A stretch of 64,000 bases of DNA from Eledone cirrhosa (GCA_964016885.1 OZ024756.1:6262001-6326000); one strand, 5' to 3'. Shown: positions 1 to 11,966, counted from the first letter of the stretch. The notes: a model not told the origin generated them from the sequence alone. Numbers and translations: made by a program.

Positions 1-65
1 TATATATAGAGAGAGAGAGAGTGAGAGAGAGAGGGGGAGAGAGAGAGAAATAGAGAGAGAGAGAG

Positions 66-129
<64 letters not shown>
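1..129. repeat. (GA)n/(TA)n compound microsatellite
   Basis: Visible dinucleotide arrays. Confidence 0.95.
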
Positions 130-197
130 TAATAACAATAAATGTAAAGACTAAAATTCGAAGAGGGCTCGATAAATATATATATATGTATATATAT

Positions 198-385
198 GTG
201 AGAAAAACCACAAACCCTCCATCTCAAGTCTACTTTTGAAATGCACAAGAACTCCGAAAGGAATAAATATATTTTATAAAAAACCCTCCAGTGGCATTTT
301 CGATTTCTTCTTTTTTCTTTATACTTTCACTTCTGTAGGATACCTCGTTTTTTTTCATTTTGTAAAAAAAAATCCCTTTCTAATA
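198..385 (+). mobile_element. Degenerate copy of the hammerhead-bearing PLE-like repeat found at 42680-43874
   Basis: gtgagaaaaaccac..ccctccatctcaa matches 43728 onward; 300-385 is the reverse complement of ~42680-42770; the hammerhead has lost its stem III. Confidence 0.7.
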
Positions 386-443
386 TATGTGAGTGAGTGA
401 GTGAGTGAGTGAGTGAGTGAGTGAGTGAGTGAGTGAGTGAGTG

Positions 444-489
<46 letters not shown>

Positions 490-490
<1 letters not shown>

Positions 491-975
491 CCAGCTAACC
501 TCAGTCTCCTCTGTGTCACGTTTGACCTGGATGATTCATCCTCAGTGTATACTGATTAATGTTCAGAGCCATCCTCAGCATTCTCGTGTAGCACCCGTCC
601 ACCATCTGAGTGAGTTTCTTGGTCAGTGCCCAAGTCTCAGACCCGTACAGCAGCACAGACTCCACTACAGCAATGAAGAGGAGGATTTCAGGTCTTTACG
701 AAGGTCCGACTTCCACACCGATCTCAAGAGGAGACTGAGGTTAGCTGGAGATGCTCAACGACATCCAGAGTTGACATTGAACTCAGTGCTCCTGTGGGAG
801 CCCCTACATGGACACGCTGGAAGAGGAAGACGAAGGTTAACGAATGTTGATGCCCTAAGGACATACACTGGTCTGTTGGAGACGCAGGACATGGCAGCGA
901 TAATGAGGGACAGAGACCGCTGGAGAGAACTCGTTCCTGGATCTCGGGAATTTTACCCGTCCTAGATAGATAGAT
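490..975 (+). mobile_element. RTE-clade LINE 3' fragment with 5' inversion
   Basis: 490-725 on the minus strand encodes VESVLLYGSETWALTKKLTQMVDGCYTRMLRMALN; 727-963 on the plus strand encodes RRLRLAG..LLWEP..GRGRRR..MRDRDRWR; (TAGA)n tail. Confidence 0.85.
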
Positions 976-1051
976 AAATATAAGTCTGTGTGTGCGTGTG
1001 TGTGTACGTGAGTGTGTGTGTGTATATGTGTATATATTATGTATGTATATG

Positions 1052-1483
1052 TATAGTGAGCAAAGGCACTGCACAAAGCCAGACCCACTCTCTTAACCAA
1101 GATGATATTTACCAAAAACAAGAAAAAGTCAACATCATTGGATACCATCAGGGTTGCAGGTGTTATATCAGAGTTTTCCTTCTCCTAGAATTCTGCCTTG
1201 ACAAAGGCTAAGGGGTCATCTCTCCCGGTGATTTTGGATGGCCATTGACTCTTAAGAGACATTGCTTTATATCTGGAGATCTCTCTGCACTTGTCCTCAC
1301 ATGGTACCATGGGCCCAGCACTATGTGTCAATAATAGTCACAAGTGTAGTGTTTGTACCAGAGTTTTCAAGTCGCTGGCTGGACTAAAAAGTCACACTCG
1401 TTCATCGCATCGGTAGGGGTTCTCCTACATGGATATAAAGTAGTGGCCGTACTCGAAAACGAGTTGGCAGTCACCACCACCAT
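1052..1483 (+). mobile_element. Non-autonomous RTE-like element A, 5'-truncated and 5'-inverted copy
   Basis: 1052-1258 is antisense and 1260-1483 sense relative to the copy at 16287-16873. Confidence 0.85.
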
Positions 1484-1741
1484 ATGTATATGTATATATA
1501 TATATGTGTATATAGGGAGACAAAAAGTAGGCTTTGATTAGAAACGGCTAGCGAATTCGAAATTTAGTTAGTAACATGTGCTTTCGCCGTATTTTACTAA
1601 ATAGTATTAGTCTGTTAGTTGGGATATTAAAAAAAACCTCTGAATGGAAAAAAGGATGAGTGTTGACGTAGATGGGAACCGAACCTTCAGCTATGGTTTG
1701 TGGGAACAACACATATGTATACATATAAATATACATGTATA

Positions 1742-1815
<74 letters not shown>

Positions 1816-1830
1816 CACACACACACACAC

Positions 1831-1894
<64 letters not shown>

Positions 1895-2574
1895 TGTGTG
1901 AACATGTGTGTGTGTGTGTGAGAGTGTATAAACACACCTAGACAGAGAAAGTAGAATTCCGTTGATTTACAGGTCAGAGAGAATAATATATATTTGTTTT
2001 TCGGCAGCTAAGAAGGGAATTTAAAGCCGCGAAGACTTTTCGGTTGCATGTCATGTACGGATAGAAACATCATTTTTATTTCTTTTTATATGGAAAGCAG
2101 ACAGAAATCACATCAACCAATTGACTATTTCCGTTGACCTATGTCATCAGCGATTGCGTGTAGGGCCGTCATTTGCCAGCCATTATTTGACCAAAACTGG
2201 CCTTCGTCCAACCAAGGTGATTCCAAGACACGATTTCTTGTAATGCTATTTGGATTAAATAGTTTTCCCTTTCTCCAACCAAACTGAATGGTCAGGAGAG
2301 AGAGATAGGGGATGGAGAGATAGGTGTGTGCGTGAGAGAGAGAAAAGCTCGTCTCCTCTTGTTTTAAGTTGTAGATAATTTTGATATAAAAGCCATCTTT
2401 CTTACGAAACGGTCACTGAAGGTGAAGTGTAATCTTGTTTTACATGGAAAATAATTAATTGCTTTCTCAGTCCACGAGGAACCACATCAGATAAAAGCAT
2501 ATTCTAATCGGATTTATCACCCACCCTCCACTAGGGATGTATTTGGCAATAACAGTAACACTAATAATAATAAT

Positions 2575-2761
2575 TGTTTCTACTTTTGGCACAAGGCCAG
2601 CAAATAACCAGTAGATTACTGGTACTTTATTTTATCGACACCGAAAGGATTAAAGGCAAAGTTAACCTCGCCGGTATTTGAACTCAGAATGGCAAGGGCC
2701 GTATCACTATGCGTCAAAGCATGGCGTACGACCCTCTACTGATAGTGCCAATCCACCGCCC
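2575..2761 (-). mobile_element. tRNA-derived SINE with Deu/Nin-like core
   Basis: A box ggattggcactatcag, B box gagttcaaat, core ctttgcctttaatcctttcggtgtcgataaaataaagtacc, (TTA)n tail; many copies in the window. Confidence 0.85.
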
Positions 2762-2784
2762 TTCAATAATAATAATCAACACTT

Positions 2785-2970
2785 TTTGGAGAGGTGAAAG
2801 TCGATTTAATCGACCGAAGTGTATTACTGGTACTTTATGTTATCTACCCCGTAAGCATGAAAGGCAAAGTTAAACCTCGGCAGGATTTGAACACAGAACG
2901 TAAGGGCTGCAACTCTATGCCATGAAGTACGTTGTCCGATAATCTTCCAATACTTCCAATCCACCAGCCT
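2785..2970 (-). mobile_element. tRNA-derived SINE, variant subfamily
   Basis: Same core ggtacttt..aaggcaaagtt..ggatttgaac with a different tail. Confidence 0.7.
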
Positions 2971-3080
2971 AACAACAACAACAAAAACAATGTGTACAAA
3001 TACATGGACAATAATACATTGAATGGTATTTTGCAGCACAGAGAATATGCAGACAGTAGAATATAACATTATTTTGCATG

Positions 3081-3975
3081 AAACACATTCACCTCTAACT
3101 CGTATCCAGTTGCCCCACCCTTTGAAATAACTTCACCTCTAACTCCTCTCAAGACCACCCCCACCTCATGAAATACCTTCACCCCTAACTCATGTACTGA
3201 CCACCCTCACCTCATGAAATACCTTCACCCCTAACTCATGTCATTGACCAGCCCACCCCTTGAAATACCTTCACCCCTAACTCATGTACTGACCACCCTC
3301 ACCTCATGAAATACCTTCACCCCTAACTCATGTCCTTGACCAGCCCACCCCTTGAAATACCTTCACCCCTACCTCATGTCCTGACCAGCCCACCTCATGA
3401 AATACCCTCACCCCTAACTCCTGTCCTGACCAGCCCACCTCATGAAATACCCTCACCCCTAACTCATGTCCTGACCAGCCCACCTCATGAAATACCTTCA
3501 CCCCTAACTCTTGTCCTGACCAGCCCACCTCATGAAATACCTTCACCCCTAACTCCTGTCCTGACCAGCCCACCTCATGAAATACCTTCACCCCTAACTC
3601 ATGTCCTGACCAGCCCACCTCTTGAAATACATTCACCCCTAACTCATGTCCTGACCAGCCCACCTCATGAAATACCTTCACCCCTAACTCTTGTCCTGAC
3701 CAGCCCACCTCATGAAATACCGTCACCCCTAACTCATGTCCTGACCAGCCCACCTCTTGAAATACCTTCACCCCTAACTCCTGTCCTGACCAGCCCACCT
3801 CATGAAATACCCTCACCCCTAACTCCTGTCCTGACCAGCCCACCTCATGAAATACCTTCACCCCTAACTCATGTCCTGACCAGCCCACCCCTTGAAATAC
3901 CTTCACCCCTAACTCATGTCCTGACCAGCCCATCCCTTGAAATACCTTCACCCCAATCCACCCCACCTCATGTAC
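3081..3975. repeat. 45-bp minisatellite, ~19 copies
   Basis: Unit cacctcatgaaataccttcacccctaactcatgtcctgaccagcc. Confidence 0.95.
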
Positions 3976-4147
3976 TACATACACCCCTAGCTCCTCTCCA
4001 GACCCCCACCCTCATCTTTCTGACGTTTTATATATTATCCCAGACATTATCAAATACCATTTTCTTTCCACGGGTTGCTGCGGATCTAATTTAGTGACAA
4101 TTGTTTATATAGCAAGATTTATGATTTATATATGCAGACATATATAT

Positions 4148-4186
4148 ATGGCTGCCCCCTCGTTATCGAGTATGGCCATTGCACGA
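4148..4186 (-). mobile_element. Very short 3'-terminal fragment related to the element A 3' end
   Basis: Minus strand tggccatactcgataacgagggggcagcca versus element A tggccgtactcgaaaacgagttggcagcca. Confidence 0.55.
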
Positions 4187-4269
4187 GAAGAAGAAAAAAA
4201 AAAAAAATAAATAAATAAAATAAAATAAAATAATAATAATAATAATAATCATAATAATAAAAAAAAAAG

Positions 4270-4310
<41 letters not shown>

Positions 4311-4501
4311 CATACATATATACATACACACGCACAGATATACACACACACATACATTAATAATAATAATAGCAATAATAATAATAACGACAACAACAAT
4401 GATAATATACATATTCATATATGCAGACATACATTTATACATACATACATGTATGTATTTAAGTATGTTTTTATGTATATCTATGTATTGATTGTATGTG
4501 A

Positions 4502-4542
<41 letters not shown>

Positions 4543-4589
4543 GAGAGAGAGCTATGAATAAATTCTGGTAGATATTCATGCATACTTAC

Positions 4590-4641
<52 letters not shown>

Positions 4642-4823
4642 CCCACCCATGTATGCATATATAAATACATACATACATATACATGCAAACATGTGTATAC
4701 TCACAAATACATACATACATGCATACACATATATACATAAATATATACACACACACATACATACATAAATACATACATGCACACATAAATACATACACGC
4801 TCACATACACAAATACACACACA

Positions 4824-4899
<76 letters not shown>

Positions 4900-5169
4900 T
4901 ACACACACACACACACACACACATATAAATATATATATATATATATATATAAAGACCTCGTCCATTTGTCAGTTTGTGAGAGAAATAATATGATAAACAT
5001 GCGAAGTAATTTCCTTCCAACTATTTCCGACTTGTATGATTTGCAATACCTGTACACGCAGATGCTATATAATGTGTTGTTCTTGTGCTTTGTTTCTTTA
5101 TTTGTCTATTACACTATCACGTGTGTACACCGTCGTCTGACTGTGTGTGTATGTGTGTGTGTGTACACC

Positions 5170-5860
5170 AACGTCTGAGTGTGTGTATGTGTGTGTGTGT
5201 GTGTGATGTTAAGAGTGTATGTGAGTGTGTGTACTTGGTGTTGTTAAGAGTGTGTGTATTTGGTGTTGTTAAGTGTGGGTGTGTGTGTGTACTTGGTGTT
5301 GTTAAGAGAGTGTGTGTGTGTACTTGGTGTTGTTAAGTGTGTGTATGTCTGTGTGTATTTGGTTTTGTTAAGAGTGTGTGTGTGTGTGTACTTGGTGTTG
5401 TTAAGAGTGTGTGTGTGTGTGCACTTGGTGTTAAGAGTGTTTGTGTGTGTATGTACTTGGTGCTGTTAAGAGTGTGTGTGTGTACTTGGGCCTGTTAAGA
5501 GTGTGTGTGTGTACTTGGTGTTGTTAAGAGTGTGTGTGTACTTGGTGTTGTTAAGAGTGTGTGCGTGTGTGTATTCGTTGTTAAGTGTGTGTGTGTGTGT
5601 GCGTGTACTTGGTGTCGTTAAGAGTGTGTGTGTGTGTGTATTCGTTGTTAAGAGTGTGTGTGTGTGTGTACTTGGTGTCAGAGTTATTCTTATTGTTGTA
5701 AAGGTGTATGTGTATGTAAATATACTTGGTGTTTTAGAGTTGTTTTATTGTTGTTAAGAATGTGTGCGTGTGTATGTGTACTTGGTGTTGTTAAGAATGG
5801 CAGTGTGTATTTATGTGTACTTGGCGTTGTTAGAGTTGTTTTTATTGTTGTTAATGTTGT
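5170..5860. repeat. Compound repeat (GT)n + acttggtgttgttaaga
   Basis: About 20 degenerate units separated by variable GT runs. Confidence 0.85.
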
Positions 5861-6314
5861 TGTTGTTTTTGTGTGTGTTTGTGAGTGTGTGTTTTGTTTT
5901 TGTTGTTTCCTTGTTGTTGTCGGTGGTGATTCAAGCTGAGCTCTCCTCATTATAACACTCTTAAACCAAATGCCAAGACACACAGCTGCGGAGGGGAGAA
6001 CAGCCGTTACTAGCTTCATGTTTAACTGGCGCGTTCCTCCAATTCTCTGAATGTTATCGAAAGAAAAAATAAAGAATAACAATCCTCCAACATTTGTGTT
6101 TGATAAATAAGCATTTAGTATATTTACGACTTGGTTCGAATTCGAATGAGCCAAGGAGAGAAGTTGTAAATCATCGCTGCATTTTCGAGAAAAGAAAGTT
6201 CCGACACTCTCAGGAAATATATTAGGTAATATTACAGCTACACATCTTTAATATAGTTGTATGGGGACAGATGGATCCCTCTCATCTTGTGTAATATCAA
6301 TTCTGATTAAAGTT

Positions 6315-7260
6315 AGTATGTTCGATTTAATATAACAATTGTGATCATTTAACATAACAATTGTGATCAATTTAACATAACATAATTGTCATCGATTTCA
6401 GATAACATTTGTGTTCGATTTAGCATAACATTTGAGATCGATTTAACGTAGGACTTGCGTTCGATTTAGCGTAGGAATTGTGATAGATTTAACGTAGGAA
6501 TTGTGTTCGATTTAACATAGGAATTATGTTCGATTTAACATAACAATTGTGATCGATTTAACATAATTGTGATGATTTAACAGAACAATTGTGTTCAATT
6601 TTCAATACCAATTGGATACATTTAAGATACCAATTGTGATCGATTTAATATAATTGTGGTCGGTTTAAGGTAACAATTGTGATCGATTTAGCATGACAAT
6701 TGTGATCGATTTAAGATAACAATTGTGATCGATTTAAGATAACAATTGTGATCGATTTAACATACAAACTGTGATCGGTTTAACATATCAATTATGATCA
6801 ATTTAACATAACATAATTGTCATCGATTTCAGATAACATTTGTGTTTGATTTAGCATAACATTTGAGATCGATTTAACGTAGAACTTGCGTTCGATTTAG
6901 CGTAGGAATTGTGATAGATTTAACGTAGGAATTGTGTTCGATTTAACATAGGAATTATGTTCGATTTAACATAACAATTGTGATCGATTTAACATAATTG
7001 TGATCGATTTAACAGAACAATTGTGTTCAATTTTCAATACCAACTGCATACATTTAAGATACCAATTGTGATCGATTTAATATAATTGTGGTCGGTTTAA
7101 GGTAACAATTGTGATCGATTTAGCATAACAATTGTGATCGATTTAGCATAACAATTGTGATCGATTTAAGATAACAATTGTGATCGATTTAAGATAACAA
7201 TTGTGATCGATTTAACATACAAACTGTGATCGGTTTAACATAACAATTATGATCGGTTTG
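6315..7260. repeat. ~22-bp minisatellite with a 431-bp higher-order duplication
   Basis: Unit aacaattgtgatcgatttaacat; variant block cataattgtcatcgatttcag at 6381 and 6812. Confidence 0.9.
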
Positions 7261-7575
7261 ATTTGTTTGCTTTCTTCCGTGAATGCATGTATTTTCAATG
7301 AAATAAAATAAAATAGTTCTCTTATACGAAGGAATAATATTGTTTGAAATAGAGCAAACCATATCCCACTGCTTTAGCGAAGGAAGAATGCTTTATATAA
7401 TGTACTCTTGAATACTTTGTGTCTGCCAGGGCTGGTATACCACCCGGTATAGGTTTGATTAGGTCTGACATAACGTTAAACAATCAATTCAGTAATTTCA
7501 ATCTTGTCTTTATTCTACCCTTTACTCTGGCTCACCAATAAAACAATTTAATGTTTTCATGTCAAGAATATTTGA

Positions 7576-7900
7576 CACCCCGTCGGTTACGACAATGGGT
7601 GTTCCAGATGATACACTCAACGGAACAACCTGCTCGTAAAATTATCATACAAGTGGCTGAGCATTCTACAGAGGCGTCTACCAATGACGTAGTTCTCACG
7701 GAGATTCAGCGTGATACAGTATGTTAAAAGGGTGGTCCTTCGAAATCCGGGTACAACAGATTTTTGAAACATGAGTGGACTGGAGCAACGAGAAACAAAG
7801 TGTTTGCCCAGGTACGTACAACACGTGCTGTCGGGAATCGAACTCACAACGTTACGATCGTGAGCCGAATACCCTAATCACTAAGCCCACGCACCTTCAC
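7576..7900 (-). mobile_element. tRNA-derived SINE (second family)
   Basis: tRNA-like head (ggcttagtgattagg..gagttcgattccc) followed by ttgctccagtccactca. Confidence 0.75.
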
Positions 7901-8193
7901 AATGTCGAGAATTTAAAACACTAATCACCCAGGTTGTTACAAATAAAACATATTTTCTGATATTCTGATTGTTGTTGGTCCTTCTAGAAATCTATGGACA
8001 ATGGGTAGTTCGATTACTTGCTCAACACATCAGAACACCTTCACACACAAACATACAGTCTCTGTCTCTCTCCATGTATCTCACACTCTCTCCAAGAGAT
8101 ATCAACATGAATGGACCTATTATTTTTATCTAAAGATTTTTTTTTTCACTTACACCCCGCCCGTCCCTTCAATGTATCATATTTCACATTATT

Positions 8194-8229
8194 TCTTCTG
8201 ATGAAGGACTAGCGTCCGAAACGTTAAGA
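8194..8229 (+). ncRNA. Minimal type I hammerhead ribozyme (family H1)
   Basis: tctt CTGATGA a ggac tagc gtcc GAAA cg TT aaga; palindromic stem III (AACGTT). Confidence 0.8.
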
Positions 8230-8463
8230 CCCTCTTCCTGCTATATCAAGCGTTAACCTAATATATTCCTTCCATATACTGTACCATTTGTGTTGTTATT
8301 TCTGTTTACTTTTTACATACATACAAACAAGTGTGTATATATATATATATATATATATAAAAAATAGATTAATGATATCAAGACAGGAAAACTCACAGAA
8401 GGCAATGAAACATATGTAAACGCTAAAAATGAATCCTACTCAATCGCTTATCTGTATTGACCC

Positions 8464-8515
<52 letters not shown>

Positions 8516-9039
8516 TTTATTAATTGTATATTGTTTCCGGAGATATAGGAAGTCTGATAATATACGGTTATATAACTAATATAGTTCATTCAATATGTCA
8601 ATATGATGAACCCTCCGAAACGATCGTAAAACAATGATACGCATAGGTAAAATAACTTGACTTTCTTATTATTTTCATTGTTAAATTAATATCGAATAAA
8701 TTTGTATATATATATGATCATAGTATAATAAACCTTTCAAGGATTTACACACATCCAGCCTCCTGTCATTTCATTATTATATATATATATATATATATTC
8801 TGTTCTTCTTTCTCTCTCCCTCCCTCCCTCTCTCTATACTGCCACCCAGAACCTGCATCATTCCATAACCTCAGCACAATACATGGTAAGACGTTTAGGA
8901 ATTGTCCACCATTTTTTCCGAGTGATTCACACCTTGTAAATTCAGCGACTGTGATCAACATGATGTTTTGATGTTGTTGTTGTTGATGAAGCAGTGAGTT
9001 ATCTCGCTCTCAGTCTTAATGGTCAATGCTTGTAGGCGT

Positions 9040-11130
9040 TGATAGTAGTGGTGATGATGATAGTAATTATGTTGGTGGTGGTGGTGGTGTAGGTGGTGGT
9101 GGTTGTAGTGTTGTGGGCGGTGGCTCTGTTGTTGATTGTGGTGGTGGTAGAAGCTGTGGTTATGTTGGCGGTGGTGGTAGTGTTGGTGTTGGTGGGGTGT
9201 TGGCGGTCGCCATGGCGTTGGTAGGGTGTTGGTGGTCGCTATGGCGTTGGTGGGGTGTTGGTGGTCGCTATGGTTTATTTGGTTGTGGTGGTGGTAGAAG
9301 CTGTGGTTATGTTGGCGGTGGTGGTAGTGTTGGTGTTGGTGGGGTGTTGGCGGTCGCTATGGTGTTGGTGGCCTGTTGGTGGTCGCTATGGTGTCTCTGG
9401 TTGTGGTGGTGATACTGTCTGTAGTTATGTTGTTGGTGATTGTGTTGATGATGGTGTTGGTGGTAGTGTTGTTGCTGTTGTTGGTGGTGGTGGTGTTGCT
9501 ATGGTGTTGTTTTTGGTTGTGGTGATGGTGTTGATGATTGTGGTATGTGTTGGCGGTGGCCATGTGGTCGTTATGGTGGTAGTACTGGCTGTGGTTATGT
9601 GGTGGTGGTGGTGGTGGTGTTAAGAGATCGCCGTCGCCGTGTTTCTCTGGTAAACTGCGAAGCTTTTGTCTTTGCACTCCAATCTTCGTTTGACCCTGTT
9701 TGTAATTAGTTTGTATAGACTTAGAAATGCTTGGATGGGAGATACTATATCACGCTTAATGAGTTCGTTTGATATCGTGGCACTGTTAGGCTGCTGCTGT
9801 TGCTATTGCTGCTGTTGCTGTTGCTGCTGTTGCTGTTGTTATTGTCCATGTTGTTGTTGTTGCTGCTGCTATTGTCCTTATTGTAGTTGTTGTTGTGCTC
9901 GTTGTTTTTGTGGTTATTTGTAGTGATGTAAGGATTGGTGTTGGTGTTGCTATAGTTATTGTGGTTCTAATTGTTGTTGTTGTTGTTGCTCTTGTTGCTC
10001 TTGTTGTTTTGTTGCTCTTGTTGTTTTGTTGCTCTTGTTGTTGGTGTTGTTGCTCTTGTTGTTGTTGTTGCTGTTGTCGTTGTTGTCGTCATTGTCATTG
10101 TTGTTGATGTTGCTGTTGTTGTCGCCCTCGTTGTTGTTATTGTCATCCTTGTTATTGTTGTTGCTGTTGTCGTTGTTGTTCCTGTTGTTGCTATGGTCAT
10201 TGTTGCTGTTGTTGTTGTTGCTGTTGTCGTCGGCGTTATTGTCTTTGTTGTTGTCATTGTTGTCGTTTCCGTCGGCGTTGCTGTTGTTGCTGTCGTTGTT
10301 GTAGTCGTCGTTGTCGTTGCCGTCGGCGTTGCTGTTGTTGTCATTGTTGCTGTTGTTCTTGTAGCTGTCGTTGTTGTTTTCATTTTTGCTGCTGTTGTTG
10401 TTGTCGTTGTCATTGTTGATGCTGTTGTTGTCATTGCTGGTCGTGTTAGATTAGTTGTTTGTGGCATCAGTGTTGTTGTTGTTGTTGTCGTTGTTGTTGT
10501 TGAAACTACTGGTACGGAAGTAGGAGCTGGTGTTGTTGGAGATCATAATGATGTCGTTGTTATTGGTTAGTGGTGGTGGGGTGGTGGTGGCGGTGGCGAT
10601 GGTGGCGGTGACGGAGGTGGTGGTGGTGATGGTGGCGGTGGTGATGGTGGCGGTGCTGGTGGTGGTTGTACTGATGGTGGTGGTGGCGGTGGTGATAGTG
10701 GCGGTGATGGTGGTGGTGGTGGTGATGGTGGCGGTGCTGGTGGTGGTTGTGCTGATGGTGGTGGTGGCGGTGGTGATAGTGGCGGTGATGGTGGTGGTTG
10801 TGCTGGTGGTGGTGGTGGCGGTGGTGATCTTGCAGTTATTGTTGTTTTTGGTGGTAGGGAGGGTGGTGCGTGTTTTGATGGTGGTGTTGGTAGTGGTGGG
10901 GATGGTGGTGTTGATCGTGGTGGTGGTGGTTGTGGTGGTGGTAGGGATGGTGGAGGTGGTGTTGCTGGTGGTAGGGATGGTGGTGTTGGTAGTGGTAGTA
11001 ATGGTAGTGTTGATGATGGTAGGGATGGTGGGGGTAGTGATGTTGGTGTTGGTGTTGATGATGGTAGGGATGTCGGTTGTGGTAGTGATCGGGTTGGTGG
11101 TGGTGGGGATGAGGTAGTGATGGCGGTGTT
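9040..11130. repeat. Low-complexity trinucleotide region (GGT/GTT/GCT)n
   Basis: Degenerate triplet arrays with short unique islands. Confidence 0.85.
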
Positions 11131-11232
11131 GCTGTTGTTGATACTAATGTTGATCAAGGTAATATTGCTTATATATTAATTATAACGGTGATATTAAGCA
11201 ATCCAACCATGAACACTTCTTTATAAAAACAA

Positions 11233-11420
11233 TGGCGATGGATTGGCAGTATCGGTAGAGAGTCGGACGCCATGATTTGCAGCAAAGACTTACGGCCCTT
11301 TACGGTCTGAGTTCAAACCCGCCAAAGCTAACTTAGGCTTTCATCCTTACGGGGTCGATAAAAGTACCAGTAATACACTGGTATAATTGCTGGCCTTGTG
11401 CCAAAAGTAGAAACAATTAT
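11233..11420 (+). mobile_element. tRNA-derived SINE with Deu/Nin-like core
   Basis: Full head, core and tail. Confidence 0.85.
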
Positions 11421-11645
11421 AAAAACAAGGCCTAATTGTATTACCTAACGTGCCCTTCCCCGTAGTGTGTGATTTGCGATACATGTATCTGTCATTTCTA
11501 GCAGTCTGTGTGACCATACACCAAAATATTCTTTGGTCATAGGAGAACAACAATGATATTGCAAATAAAATACAATGGCAACCTCAGAAGGTTTAATGAT
11601 TTCTTTAATCAGATTTTATCAAACATACACCTATATATTATCTGT

Positions 11646-11832
11646 ATATCACGCTGAAAACACTGGTTCTCGTCCGGTCACCGAAGTTAAGCAACGTCGA
11701 GCCTAGTTAGTACTTAGAAGAGTGACCGCTTGGGAACCCTAGATGCCGTAAGCATTTAATGCTATTTACCGTCTAACCCATGCTAGCATGGAAGAGTGTC
11801 GTTAAATGAAGATGATGATGCTGATGATGATA
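11646..11832 (+). pseudogene. 5S rRNA-derived retrocopy / SINE3-like chimera
   Basis: 11646-11757 resembles 5S rRNA from about nt 11 (cacgctgaaaacac.ggttctcgtccg.tcaccgaagttaagca..gttagtactt..gtgaccgc.tgggaa); followed by an unrelated tail ending in (GAT)n. Confidence 0.85.
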
Positions 11833-11966
11833 TAGATACATACACACGTATATTGATGCATAGGCTTTACAGAGACATGTTGAACATTAAATTAAATATT
11901 GTCTGATAACCAGCTCAATACCGATAGAGGATTATACGTAGACATGCATGCCTGTATGTGTGTATG

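Noticed and set aside
1571-1693. CTGAAGG..GAAA gcacatgt TA on the minus strand
   Set aside because: A9 is missing, stem I is only 3 bp and stem II is weak; at best an unprovable relic
2106-2156. CTGATGA..GAAA on the minus strand
   Set aside because: Stem II does not pair and the cleavage position would be G
3328-4094. 15-aa repeat ORFs on both strands
   Set aside because: Explained by the 45-bp minisatellite period; no splice or homology evidence
5170-5860. CRISPR-like repeat/spacer appearance
   Set aside because: Spacers are GT runs rather than unique sequence; eukaryotic context with no cas genes
8850-8885. Possible 36-nt micro-exon (CAG..ATG/GTAAG), with similar candidates at ~19483 and ~12617
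   Set aside because: Splice-like signals alone are too common; no homology or consistent strand
11646-11757. Functional 5S rRNA gene
   Set aside because: The first ~10 nt are absent, there are multiple substitutions, no Pol III terminator, and a retroposon tail
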